From an uncultured bacterium (lineage in GTDB: Bacteria > Bacillota_I > Bacilli_A > RFN20 > CAG-826), in the NCBI GenBank assembly GCA_949299395.1, contig CASGAB010000002.1, positions 23,734-87,733 on the forward strand: DNA of 64,000 nucleotides. Direction: 5' to 3'. The notes beneath the pieces were generated by a model. That model worked only from the letters and a program-made list of their open reading frames with translations, was not told where the DNA came from and did no database searches. Each line of letters starts with the position of its first letter. Position 1 is the first letter of the stretch. The translations under genes and the position numbers were made by a program. Below are positions 35,522-44,858 of the stretch, one piece after another.

Positions 35522-36523
35522 TTACAATAAATGAATATTGTTTTCTTTACAATAAATCAAGGTTTCATCATCCCAAATAGATGCTTCTACCTCCCCAATA
35601 TGAACTTTATTTAACATAACTAAACACATTCTTGATTGACCAATTCCTCCGCCAATTGATAAAGGGAGTTTATCGTTTAAAAGAAGTTTATGCCAGAAAA
35701 GTTCTGTTCTATTTAATGCATTAGCAATTTTCAATTGTTCGAGTAATGTTTTTTTATCAACTCTTATTCCCATACTAGAAAGTTCAACAACATCATCAAG
35801 TGGAGGATAATATAAAATTATATCGCCATTAAGTGACCAATCATCATAATCAGGAGCTCTTAAATCATGAGCTTTTTTATTATTTAACTTTTTACCAATT
35901 CCAATAACAAAAATAGCATGATTATGGGTTTTTGCGTATTCTTTCTCTCTTTCTTTACTAGTAAAATCTGGATAAAGTTTAAGCAATTTTTTACTTGTAA
36001 CAAATTCAATATTTTGAGGAAAGTAATTAACTAATTGTGGAAATTTTTTAATAGTTTTAGCATTTATTTTTTTAATAACGGAATATATTTCTCTAACAGT
36101 TTTCTTTAAATATTTTAAAGTACGGTCTTCTTTATTTATTACTTTTTCCCAATCCCATTGATCAACATAAATTGAATGAATATTATCCATATCTTCATCA
36201 CGACGAATAGCATTCATATCGGTGTAAATTCCTTTATGAAGAGGGATGTCATATCTTGCTAAAGCTAAACGTTTCCATTTAGCAAGAGAGTGAACAACAA
36301 CTGCTTCTTTATTTGGAATTGATTTAATATCAAAACTAACTGGTCTTTCAATACCATTTAAATCATCATTAATTCCACTATCTTGATAAGTAAAAAGAGG
36401 GGCACTAACTCTTATTAAATCTAGTTTTTTAGCTAATTCATTTTCAAAATTATCTTTAATAAATTTAATAGCAATTTCAGTATCTAGTTCTTTTAAAATT
36501 GATGTGTAATTTGTTACTTTCAT
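35522..36523 (-). CDS. asnA: Aspartate-ammonia ligase
   Basis: NDDLNGIERPV, VVHSLAKWKR, YVDQWDWEK, RAPDYDDW, SIGGGIGQSR, HIGEV. Confidence 0.96.
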   Translation of the reverse strand: MKVTNYTSILKELDTEIAIKFIKDNFENELAKKLDLIRVSAPLFTYQDSGINDDLNGIERPVSFDIKSIPNKEAVVVHSLAKWKRLALARYDIPLHKGIYTDMNAIRRDEDMDNIHSIYVDQWDWEKVINKEDRTLKYLKKTVREIYSVIKKINAKTIKKFPQLVNYFPQNIEFVTSKKLLKLYPDFTSKEREKEYAKTHNHAIFVIGIGKKLNNKKAHDLRAPDYDDWSLNGDIILYYPPLDDVVELSSMGIRVDKKTLLEQLKIANALNRTELFWHKLLLNDKLPLSIGGGIGQSRMCLVMLNKVHIGEVEASIWDDETLIYCKENNIHLL

Positions 36524-36624
36524 AAATAACCCTCTTTTAACAACAGGTTAATTTTACACTAGGTATATTTTTTTAAAAGATAAATTATTTATAATTTATC
36601 ATTTAGGCTTATAATTTAAGTGTT

Positions 36625-38133
36625 ATGAATTATTGTTTATCTGCTAGCGAGATGAAAGAAGTTGATAATTATACGATTGCTAATTTTTCTTCATCTTTAG
36701 ATTTAATGGAAAATGCCGGAAGAAGCATTTATGAATTTTTAATTAAAAACTTTTCAAGAGGTTTTTATTATTTAGTATTAACTGGAAGTGGAAATAATGG
36801 TGGAGATGGCTTTGTTATTGCCCGTTATTTGTTAGAAAATGGATATCAAGTTGACGTTTTTGAAGTAAGCGAAGCAAAATCAAACGATGCTTTATTTAAT
36901 AAAAGAAGATATTTAAAAAATACAGTTAAAGAATTAAATATTAATAGAAATACGATAATTATCGATGCTATTTTTGGTTATGGATTAAATAAGGAAGTAG
37001 AAGAGCCATATCTTTCTATTTTTAAAAAAGTAAATGAAGCTGAAAAATATAAAGTAATTAGTGTTGATATAGCTAGTGGAATCTCTTCATCAAATGGTAA
37101 AAAGATGGGTGCAGCAATAAAAGCTGATATTACTCTTGCTTTAGGTGAATATAAACTTGGTCATTTTTTAAATGATGGAAAAGATTATAATAAGCTTTCT
37201 TTAAGACTTGATATTGGAATAAAACTTAATAAAAGCGATTATATTCGTCGTTTAGATAAAGAAGATTTCAAAGATTTATTTGTTGAAAGAAAAGAAAATT
37301 CAAATAAAGGAACTTATGGAAAAGTTACTCTTTTAGGAGGGATGAAAAATACTCCAGGAGCTTTAATTTTAGCTTATAAAGCTTATTCATCGCTTAGACT
37401 TGGAGTTGGTTATAGTGAACTCGCTTTCCCTTCATCTTTAAAATTTATCTATTCATCTTTAACTCCAGAAATCATTTATCATCCATTAAAAGATAAAAAA
37501 GATGGAACTTTAAAATTTAACAAAAAAGATTTAGAGAGTTTACTTTCTTCAAAAGTAATTACTTTAGGTATGGGAATTGGCGTAAGTAAGGCAATTTATA
37601 AAATAATTAAATATTTATTAGAAAACTATAAAGAAACTTTAATTATCGATGCCGATGGACTTAACACTTTAGCAAAATATGGTGTAGAAGTCTTAAAAAA
37701 TACGAGAAATTGCGATGTTATTTTAACTCCTCACATAAAAGAATTTTCTAGACTTTCATCATTAAGTGTGGATGAAATAAAGAGTAAAAGAATCAAATAT
37801 GTTAAAGAATTTTCCTATAAATATAATATAATCATTGTTTTAAAAGATAATTCGACAATTATTTGCAATAAAAACGATTGCTATATCAACACAAACGGAA
37901 ATAATGGTTTAGCAAAGGGCGGAAGCGGAGATCTTTTAAGTGGATTTATCGCTGGATGTATTTCTTTAAATCAAAATAAAGAAGATTTATTAAGAAAAGT
38001 CGCATTAGGTCCGTATATTTTAGGAAGATGTGCAGATATTTTAAAACTTCATGAAAAAGTAAATGAATATTCAATGATTGCTTCAGATATTGTTGGAGTA
38101 ACTAATAAAGTTATAAATGAAATAATTATTTAG
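36625..38133 (+). CDS. nnr: Bifunctional NAD(P)H-hydrate epimerase/dehydratase
   Basis: LMENAG, GNNGGDG, DAIFG, DIASG, NKGTYG, IDADGL, LTPHIKEF, LAKGGSGD. Confidence 0.93.
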   Translation: MNYCLSASEMKEVDNYTIANFSSSLDLMENAGRSIYEFLIKNFSRGFYYLVLTGSGNNGGDGFVIARYLLENGYQVDVFEVSEAKSNDALFNKRRYLKNTVKELNINRNTIIIDAIFGYGLNKEVEEPYLSIFKKVNEAEKYKVISVDIASGISSSNGKKMGAAIKADITLALGEYKLGHFLNDGKDYNKLSLRLDIGIKLNKSDYIRRLDKEDFKDLFVERKENSNKGTYGKVTLLGGMKNTPGALILAYKAYSSLRLGVGYSELAFPSSLKFIYSSLTPEIIYHPLKDKKDGTLKFNKKDLESLLSSKVITLGMGIGVSKAIYKIIKYLLENYKETLIIDADGLNTLAKYGVEVLKNTRNCDVILTPHIKEFSRLSSLSVDEIKSKRIKYVKEFSYKYNIIIVLKDNSTIICNKNDCYINTNGNNGLAKGGSGDLLSGFIAGCISLNQNKEDLLRKVALGPYILGRCADILKLHEKVNEYSMIASDIVGVTNKVINEIII

Positions 38134-38145
38134 GGGCTAACTTTT

Positions 38146-41100
38146 ATGGAAAAAGAAGAAAAAATAATTAATGAAACAAAAAAAGATAAAGTCGGTTGGA
38201 GAATGCGGCTTATCTTTATTTTAGTTGGCTTCACTGGCCAACTTGCATGGAATGTTGAAAATATGTATCTCAATAAATTCATATTTTCTTTTGGTGCAAC
38301 CAACTATTCTTTAATGATTACAATAACTGTTGCAGTTAGTGCAATTGTTGCGTGTTTATCGACTATTTTTATGGGTGCATTAAGTGATAAAGTTAGAAAA
38401 AGAAAAATGTTTATCGCTTTTGGCTATATTTTATGGGGTCTAGCAACAGCAAGTTTTGGTCTAATCAGTGTTGAAAATGTTCAAATATTATTTCCTACAT
38501 TAACTGCTGCAACTGTTGCATCAATTTTTGTAATTGTTATTGATGCGATTATGACTTTTATAGGAAGTTTAGCTAATGATGCAGCGTTTAATGCTTATGT
38601 TACTGAAAATGTTAGTGATAAAAATAGAGGAAAAGTAGAAGGAGTTCTTTCAATTTTGCCTCTTGTTGCAATCATGGTAATTATTGTTGGGTTAGATAGT
38701 TTAACAACTAATGGCCATTGGGATTTATTTTTCTATATTATTGGTGGAATTGCCTTTATTATCGGTATTATTTCTTTATTTTTAATTCCAAAAGAAACAA
38801 TTAAAGAAACTTTACCTGAAAGAAAATATCTTAGAAGCATTGCTGATGGATTTAGAATCAAAACTGTTAAAGAAAATAAGGGATTATATTTAATTCTTTT
38901 AAGCTATTTAGTTTTTGGCATTGCTACACAAATTTTCTTCCCATATTTAATTATTTATTTCCAATATTCATTAGGATTTGAAGGGTTAGAATTCATGATT
39001 TGTTTAGGGGTTGTCCTTGTTATTGGATCAATTCTTACTGTTTTGGTTTCAATTTTAATGGATAAACTAGGAAGAGATAGGTTATTAATACCAGTCATGA
39101 TAGTTGCAATTATTGGTTTAGTTTTAGTTTATTTTGTTGGTAAAGGTCAATTAATATTTGCAATAATTGCCGGAATTATCATGCTTTTTGGATATATTTG
39201 TGGTGGATCAGTATTAAATGCGATTGTTAGAGCTCATGTTCCAGAAGGGCAAGAAGGAACTTTTATGGGCGTAAGAATGATTTTTGCTGTTACTTTACCA
39301 ATGGTTAGTGGTCCTTATATTGCCCAAGTTATTGTTGATAATTTTGCGACTGAACAATACGAAAATGAATATCATACACTTCAGAATTTACCTCCTGCTT
39401 TAATTTGGATAGTCGCTGCAGCTGTTTTACTTTTAGTATTTATCCCTATTTTCTTCTATTTAAGAAATGAGAAAAAAGAAAGATTAAATAGAGAAAGAAC
39501 TGAATGTGGAAAAACAAATAATGGAATAAGTTATGAAATTAAAGATGAAGATAAAGAAACTCACGATGATTCATACATTCCTTTAAATGAACATCCAAAT
39601 CCTTTAAATAAAAGAAACCATTTTTTAGTTTTAAACGGTTATTGGGATTTTAAAATTGCAAAAGAAGATGTTATTCCGACTGAATTTGATAGAAAGATTT
39701 TAGTTCCTTATGCTCCAGAATCGCCTTTAAGCGAAGTTAACGAAATGATTCTTCCAGATGATATTCTTTATTATCATAAGACTATTTATTTAAGTGAAGA
39801 AATGACGAAAGAACATCTTTTTATCCACTTTTTAGGTGTTGATCAAACTTGTTCATTGTATGTAAACGGAATGTTAATTATGCATAATAATTCCGGATAT
39901 ACTGGATTTTCTTATGATATTAGACCTTTAATTAAAGGGGATAAAAAACTAGAAATATTATTAAAAGTAAGAGATGTTAGTGACACTTCATATTTTTCTA
40001 GAGGAAAACAAACTCTTAATAGAGGTCAAATTCGGTACACAACAACAAGTGGTATTTATCAACCGGTTTATTTGGAAAGTGCTCCAAAAGATTTTATTAA
40101 ATCTTTTAAATTGTTTGCTGATTATAAAACAAGTTCTTTAAAAGGTGTTGTAGAAACTAATATTGATGGAAATATATCGATAACCATCGGAGATAATGTC
40201 TATAATGTTGAAGCAAATAAGGATTTTGATATTAAAATTGATAACCTTCATCCATGGAGCGTTGAAGATCCTTATTTATACGATGTAAAACTTAAATTTA
40301 ATGAAGATGAAGTTTCAACTTATGTTGGATTTAGATTTATTGAAGTTAAAAAGAAAAATAAGAAAAATAGATTATTTTTAAATGATAAAGAAATAATTTT
40401 AAAAGGATTATTAGATCAAGGTTATTATTTCGGAGGAAATTTAACTCCAAAAAAATATAGTGATTATTTTAATGAAATTAAAAAAATCAAAGAACTTGGT
40501 TTTAATACAATTAGAAAACATATTAAAATCGAAATTCCACTTTTTTATTATTATTGCGATAAACTAGGTGTTTTATTAATTCAAGATATCGTAAATGGTG
40601 GAGGAATTTATGATAAATGGACTATTTCTTCACCTTTAGTTTTAGGAAGTCATAAATTAGATATAGATAAAGACTATAAAAAGTTTAAAAGAGAAGATGA
40701 AAAAGGAAGAAAAGAATACGAAGATGTTTTAAATTACACTTTAAATTTATTAAATAATTCTCCTTCTAATATCATCATCACTTTATTTAATGAAGGTTGG
40801 GGTCAATTTGATGCATCTTATTATTATCATTATGTAAAACCAAAAATTGATAATAAGTTAATAGACAGTGCCAGCGGATGGTATGATACCCCAAATAGTG
40901 ATTTTAATTCAAAACACATCTATTTCTTACCTATTAAAAACTATAAACAAAAAGATAATCGAGCATATTTATTAAGTGAATTTGGTGGTTATTCTTTATA
41001 TTTAAAAGATAATTTTTATGGAAGTAAGCCATATGGTTATAAACAATATAAAAATAGTGAAAAATTAACTAAAGGCTATAAAAAGTTAATGAAAAAGCTG

Positions 41101-41262
41101 TATAAACCTCTTAAAAAAGACATGGTTGGTTTTATTTATACTCAAGTTAGCGATGTTGAAGATGAAGTAAATGGTTTATTCACTTTTGATCGTAAAGTTT
41201 TAAAAATAAAAGAAGAAACAATTAAAGAAATTAATAGAAAAATCGATAGTCTTATCGAATAG
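38146..41262 (+). CDS. MFS transporter fused to a GH2 glycoside hydrolase
   Basis: Residues about 1-440: ~12 TM MFS (GALSDKVRKRK, MDKLGRDR). From about 39580: GH2 (LNGYWDF, GLLDQGY, RKHIK, FNEGWGQF acid/base, SEFGG nucleophile). One uninterrupted frame. Confidence 0.85.
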   Translation: MEKEEKIINETKKDKVGWRMRLIFILVGFTGQLAWNVENMYLNKFIFSFGATNYSLMITITVAVSAIVACLSTIFMGALSDKVRKRKMFIAFGYILWGLATASFGLISVENVQILFPTLTAATVASIFVIVIDAIMTFIGSLANDAAFNAYVTENVSDKNRGKVEGVLSILPLVAIMVIIVGLDSLTTNGHWDLFFYIIGGIAFIIGIISLFLIPKETIKETLPERKYLRSIADGFRIKTVKENKGLYLILLSYLVFGIATQIFFPYLIIYFQYSLGFEGLEFMICLGVVLVIGSILTVLVSILMDKLGRDRLLIPVMIVAIIGLVLVYFVGKGQLIFAIIAGIIMLFGYICGGSVLNAIVRAHVPEGQEGTFMGVRMIFAVTLPMVSGPYIAQVIVDNFATEQYENEYHTLQNLPPALIWIVAAAVLLLVFIPIFFYLRNEKKERLNRERTECGKTNNGISYEIKDEDKETHDDSYIPLNEHPNPLNKRNHFLVLNGYWDFKIAKEDVIPTEFDRKILVPYAPESPLSEVNEMILPDDILYYHKTIYLSEEMTKEHLFIHFLGVDQTCSLYVNGMLIMHNNSGYTGFSYDIRPLIKGDKKLEILLKVRDVSDTSYFSRGKQTLNRGQIRYTTTSGIYQPVYLESAPKDFIKSFKLFADYKTSSLKGVVETNIDGNISITIGDNVYNVEANKDFDIKIDNLHPWSVEDPYLYDVKLKFNEDEVSTYVGFRFIEVKKKNKKNRLFLNDKEIILKGLLDQGYYFGGNLTPKKYSDYFNEIKKIKELGFNTIRKHIKIEIPLFYYYCDKLGVLLIQDIVNGGGIYDKWTISSPLVLGSHKLDIDKDYKKFKREDEKGRKEYEDVLNYTLNLLNNSPSNIIITLFNEGWGQFDASYYYHYVKPKIDNKLIDSASGWYDTPNSDFNSKHIYFLPIKNYKQKDNRAYLLSEFGGYSLYLKDNFYGSKPYGYKQYKNSEKLTKGYKKLMKKLYKPLKKDMVGFIYTQVSDVEDEVNGLFTFDRKVLKIKEETIKEINRKIDSLIE

Positions 41263-41342
41263 TCTAATTTTCTTATCTGTAATCTTAAATTATTAGAAAT
41301 AATACATTAAATCACTATTTATTTGTGGTATAATTTTTCTCG

Positions 41343-41433
41343 TATTTGGGGAGTAGCTTTTAAGTTATTTTCGACAGCACGATTTGTTAGAAAAATCCGG
41401 GAATAACAAGATATTTCTTAGCAAGACTAAATA
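41343..41433 (+). ncRNA. yybP-ykoY (Mn2+) riboswitch
   Basis: TATTTGGGGAGTAGC...TCGACAGCACG...CCGG...GCAAGACTAAATA matches the class pattern; upstream of a P-type ATPase. Confidence 0.85.
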
Positions 41434-41454
41434 TTAGATGTTTAGGAGATAAAT

Positions 41455-44217
41455 ATGGAAAACAATGAAAACCGTACTGTTGCCTATGAAACATTATCTA
41501 GTAATGATACAGTAACATATCTTTCTAGTGATGTTGAAAAAGGTTTAAGCAGTGAAGAGGCTAAAGCTAGATTAGAGAAGTATGGTCCTAATAAACTAGC
41601 TGAAAAGAAGAAAAAATCTATTTTAATGATTTTCCTTTCTCAACTTGCTGATCCAATGATTTACGTTCTTTTCGCCGCAGTTATCGTTACAATCATCATT
41701 TCAATTATTGATATGATGCAAGGTAAAGAAGGCGATTGGGCTGATGTAATCATTATCTTAGTTGTTGTTTTACTTAACGCAATTATCGGTACAGTTCAAG
41801 AAAAGAAAGCCGAAACTTCATTAGAAGCCTTAAAGAAAATGTCTTCTCCAGAATCGACGGTTCTTAGAGATGGCAAAAGATTTAAAGTTAAGAGTGAAGA
41901 ATTAGTTCCTGGCGATATCGTTATCCTAGAAGAAGGCGATACAATCGGTGCTGATTTAAGACTTATTGAAGCTGTTAACTTAAAAGCAAATGAATCATCA
42001 TTAACTGGAGAATCCGTTCCTGTTGATAAAAAGAGTGATATTGTATTCTCTCAATCAGTCGCATTGGGTGACCAAGTTAATATGGCATTCATGTCTACCC
42101 CTGTTACTTATGGTAGAGGTAAAGGTATTGTTACAAATACCGGTATGAATACCCAAATCGGCAAAATTGCCGGTGCTTTAGATAGTGAAGAAGAAACAGA
42201 AACTCCACTTCAAAAGAAACTTGCTCAATTATCAAAGATTTTAGGTATTTTAACCCTGATCATTATTGTTGTTGTTTTAATTGCAGATATTATTTGGCTC
42301 GCTATTGGTGGTCATATTGATTCTGTTGATGGATGGATGGATGCAATTCTTTCTTCAATTGCTCTTGCAGTTGCTGCTATTCCTGAAGGTTTACCAGCAG
42401 TTGTTACTATTGTTTTAGCAATTGGTGTTAGAAAGATGGTCAAAGTCAATACTATCGTTAGAAAACTTCCTTCTGTTGAAACTTTAGGCGCTGTTAAAGT
42501 TGTTTGTAGTGATAAAACTGGTACATTAACTCAAAACAAGATGACTGTTGTCGAATCTTATTTACCAGGTAAATATTATAAAGAAGAAGAATTTACTTCT
42601 GAAAATAACCCTGCTGAATTAAATCTTTTAGCAAAAGGTATGTCATTATGTTCAAATGCAACAGTTGATGAAGGATTATATGGTGATCCTACTGAAATCG
42701 CTTTAGTTGCATTTGCTAATGTCTTTGATTGGCATAAAAAAGATTTAGAAGCAGCAGAAAAAAGAATTGATGAACTTCCATTTGATAGTGTTAGAAAAAT
42801 GATGTCTACACTTCACGAAAGAGCTGATGGAAGCAAAATCCAATATACAAAAGGTGCTTTAGATTCAATTCTTGCATATACAAAATATATTCAAATTGGA
42901 AATGAAGTAAGAGAAATTACAAAAGAAGATTTAGATGAAATTGAAAAAGCAAATTCATATTTCTCATCAAAAGCATTAAGATCTCTTGCTTTAGCTTATA
43001 AAAATACAAATGAAATTGGTGAAACTGAATTAACATTTGTTGGCTTAGTTGCTATGATTGACCCACCTCGTCCAGAAGCAAAAGGTGCTGTTGCTAACTT
43101 TAAAGGTGCTGGTATTACAACTGTTATGATTACTGGTGACCATAAAGATACAGCATTTGCTATTGCTAAAGACTTAGGTATTGTTCAAAATATCGAACAA
43201 TGTAGAACTGGTAAGGAAATCGATGATTTAAGCGAAGAAGAACTCCAAGAATTAGTTAAAACTGTTAGAGTCTTCGCTCGTGTTTCTCCAGAAAATAAGG
43301 TTAGTATTGTTAAAGCATTTAAAGCTAATGGAAATATCGTTGCTATGACTGGTGATGGTGTTAATGATGCTCCATCTCTTAAAGCTGGGGATATCGGTAT
43401 TGCTATGGGTATTACTGGTACTGACGTTGCTAAATCAGCAGCTGATATGGTTTTAACTGACGATAACTTTGCATCAATTGAAAAAGCAGTTGAAGAAGGC
43501 AGAGGAATCTACTCTAACATTAAAAAGACTGTTGTCTTCTTACTTTCTTGTAATATGGGTGAAGTCTTCTCAATGTTCTTTATGATTTGTTTAGGTTTCC
43601 CTGCACCATTAATTGCTATTCACCTTTTATGGGTTAACTTAATTACTGACTCACTTCCTGCAATTTCATTAGGTATGGATCCAAAAGATCCACTTAACAT
43701 GAAAGATAAACCACGTGATCCAGATGAATCAATCTTTGCTCATGGCGGATACTTTGCTACATTTGGTTATGGTTTAGTCGTTGCTATTATTACAATAGCT
43801 GGCTTTATGTTAACTGCACTCCATTTAAATGATTGGAGTTTAACATATACTGAATTAACTCAACTTAGCGGTGATACCTTACATCAATGTCAAACTGTTG
43901 CGTTTACTGTTTTAGCGGTTTCTCAACTCTTCCATATGTTAGGTATGTCAAATATTAGAAGATCATTCATTCACGTTTTCACAAATAAAAACTGGATGAT
44001 GTTACTTGCTTTTGTTGTAGGTTTAGGTTTACAACTCTTAGTCGTTGAAGTTCCTGTATTTAATAGTGTTTTCTCAACACATAACTTTGATGGATTTGAA
44101 TGGATTATAGTTTGCTGTTTAGCACTCGTTCCATTAATCGTTCACGAAATTTCTGTCTTTATTATGTGGATTGTTAAAAAAGTAAAAAACAATAAAAAAG
44201 AAGAAGTTATTGAATAA
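41455..44217 (+). CDS. P2-type cation-translocating ATPase (probable Mn2+/Ca2+ exporter)
   Basis: TGES, IPEGLP, DKTGTLT, KGA, TGD, GDGVNDAP, NLITD. Confidence 0.93.
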   Translation: MENNENRTVAYETLSSNDTVTYLSSDVEKGLSSEEAKARLEKYGPNKLAEKKKKSILMIFLSQLADPMIYVLFAAVIVTIIISIIDMMQGKEGDWADVIIILVVVLLNAIIGTVQEKKAETSLEALKKMSSPESTVLRDGKRFKVKSEELVPGDIVILEEGDTIGADLRLIEAVNLKANESSLTGESVPVDKKSDIVFSQSVALGDQVNMAFMSTPVTYGRGKGIVTNTGMNTQIGKIAGALDSEEETETPLQKKLAQLSKILGILTLIIIVVVLIADIIWLAIGGHIDSVDGWMDAILSSIALAVAAIPEGLPAVVTIVLAIGVRKMVKVNTIVRKLPSVETLGAVKVVCSDKTGTLTQNKMTVVESYLPGKYYKEEEFTSENNPAELNLLAKGMSLCSNATVDEGLYGDPTEIALVAFANVFDWHKKDLEAAEKRIDELPFDSVRKMMSTLHERADGSKIQYTKGALDSILAYTKYIQIGNEVREITKEDLDEIEKANSYFSSKALRSLALAYKNTNEIGETELTFVGLVAMIDPPRPEAKGAVANFKGAGITTVMITGDHKDTAFAIAKDLGIVQNIEQCRTGKEIDDLSEEELQELVKTVRVFARVSPENKVSIVKAFKANGNIVAMTGDGVNDAPSLKAGDIGIAMGITGTDVAKSAADMVLTDDNFASIEKAVEEGRGIYSNIKKTVVFLLSCNMGEVFSMFFMICLGFPAPLIAIHLLWVNLITDSLPAISLGMDPKDPLNMKDKPRDPDESIFAHGGYFATFGYGLVVAIITIAGFMLTALHLNDWSLTYTELTQLSGDTLHQCQTVAFTVLAVSQLFHMLGMSNIRRSFIHVFTNKNWMMLLAFVVGLGLQLLVVEVPVFNSVFSTHNFDGFEWIIVCCLALVPLIVHEISVFIMWIVKKVKNNKKEEVIE

Positions 44218-44240
44218 TATTTAAATCGATTTATTAAAAT

Positions 44241-44273
44241 AAAAGCCTATCACTTAATATGGTAGGCTTTTTT
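44241..44273 (+). terminator. Intrinsic terminator
   Basis: AAAAGCCTATCA-cttaata-TGGTAGGCTTTTTT. The track's GNAT start (44259) falls inside it. Confidence 0.75.
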
Positions 44274-44297
44274 AATTCACCTATATATAATAAAGAT

Positions 44298-44858
44298 ATG
44301 AATTTTAAAGGCACAAAAGAACTTTTTACAGATAGATTAATTTTAAGAAAATTTAATATTAATGATTTAAAAGATTTTAATGAATATGCTTCTCAACCTG
44401 AAGTTGCTCGCTTTTTAACGTGGTATCCACATAAAGATTTAGAAGAATCTAAAGAAATCTTAGAAAATAAGTTTTTAGTTTATAATAACGATACCTTTAG
44501 ATGGGCGATTGAAGTTAAAGAAGAAAATAAATTGATTGGGGCAATCGATGTTTGTCGTTATAATTTTGATTCTCAAATATTCGAAATTGGATATTGTATA
44601 AATAAAAATTATTGGGGTAAGGGTTACGTTAGTGAAGCTTTAAATGCCGTCACTGAATATCTTTTTAAACAAGTTTTACCTTCAGAAATTAGAATATTCT
44701 GTGATATAGAAAATCCAGGTTCATATCACGTAATGAAAAAATGTGGTTATAAAGATAGACCAGATTTAATAAAAGTTATTGATTTAAAAAATGAAAAGAG
44801 GACCCTTAGAGGAACCTCTTTATCACGATTTGAATATACTTATAAAGTTAGATATTGA
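44298..44858 (+). CDS. GNAT acetyltransferase, RimJ/RimL family
   Basis: LFTDRLILRKF, EIGYCINKNYWGKGYVSEA, ENPGSYHVMKKCG. Start moved to ATG 44298. Confidence 0.85.
   Translation: MNFKGTKELFTDRLILRKFNINDLKDFNEYASQPEVARFLTWYPHKDLEESKEILENKFLVYNNDTFRWAIEVKEENKLIGAIDVCRYNFDSQIFEIGYCINKNYWGKGYVSEALNAVTEYLFKQVLPSEIRIFCDIENPGSYHVMKKCGYKDRPDLIKVIDLKNEKRTLRGTSLSRFEYTYKVRY

Noticed and set aside
36519-36550. Small hairpin covering the asnA Shine-Dalgarno (AACCT/AGGTT on the minus strand)
   Set aside because: Only about 5-6 bp, with no T-box or known riboswitch motif upstream.
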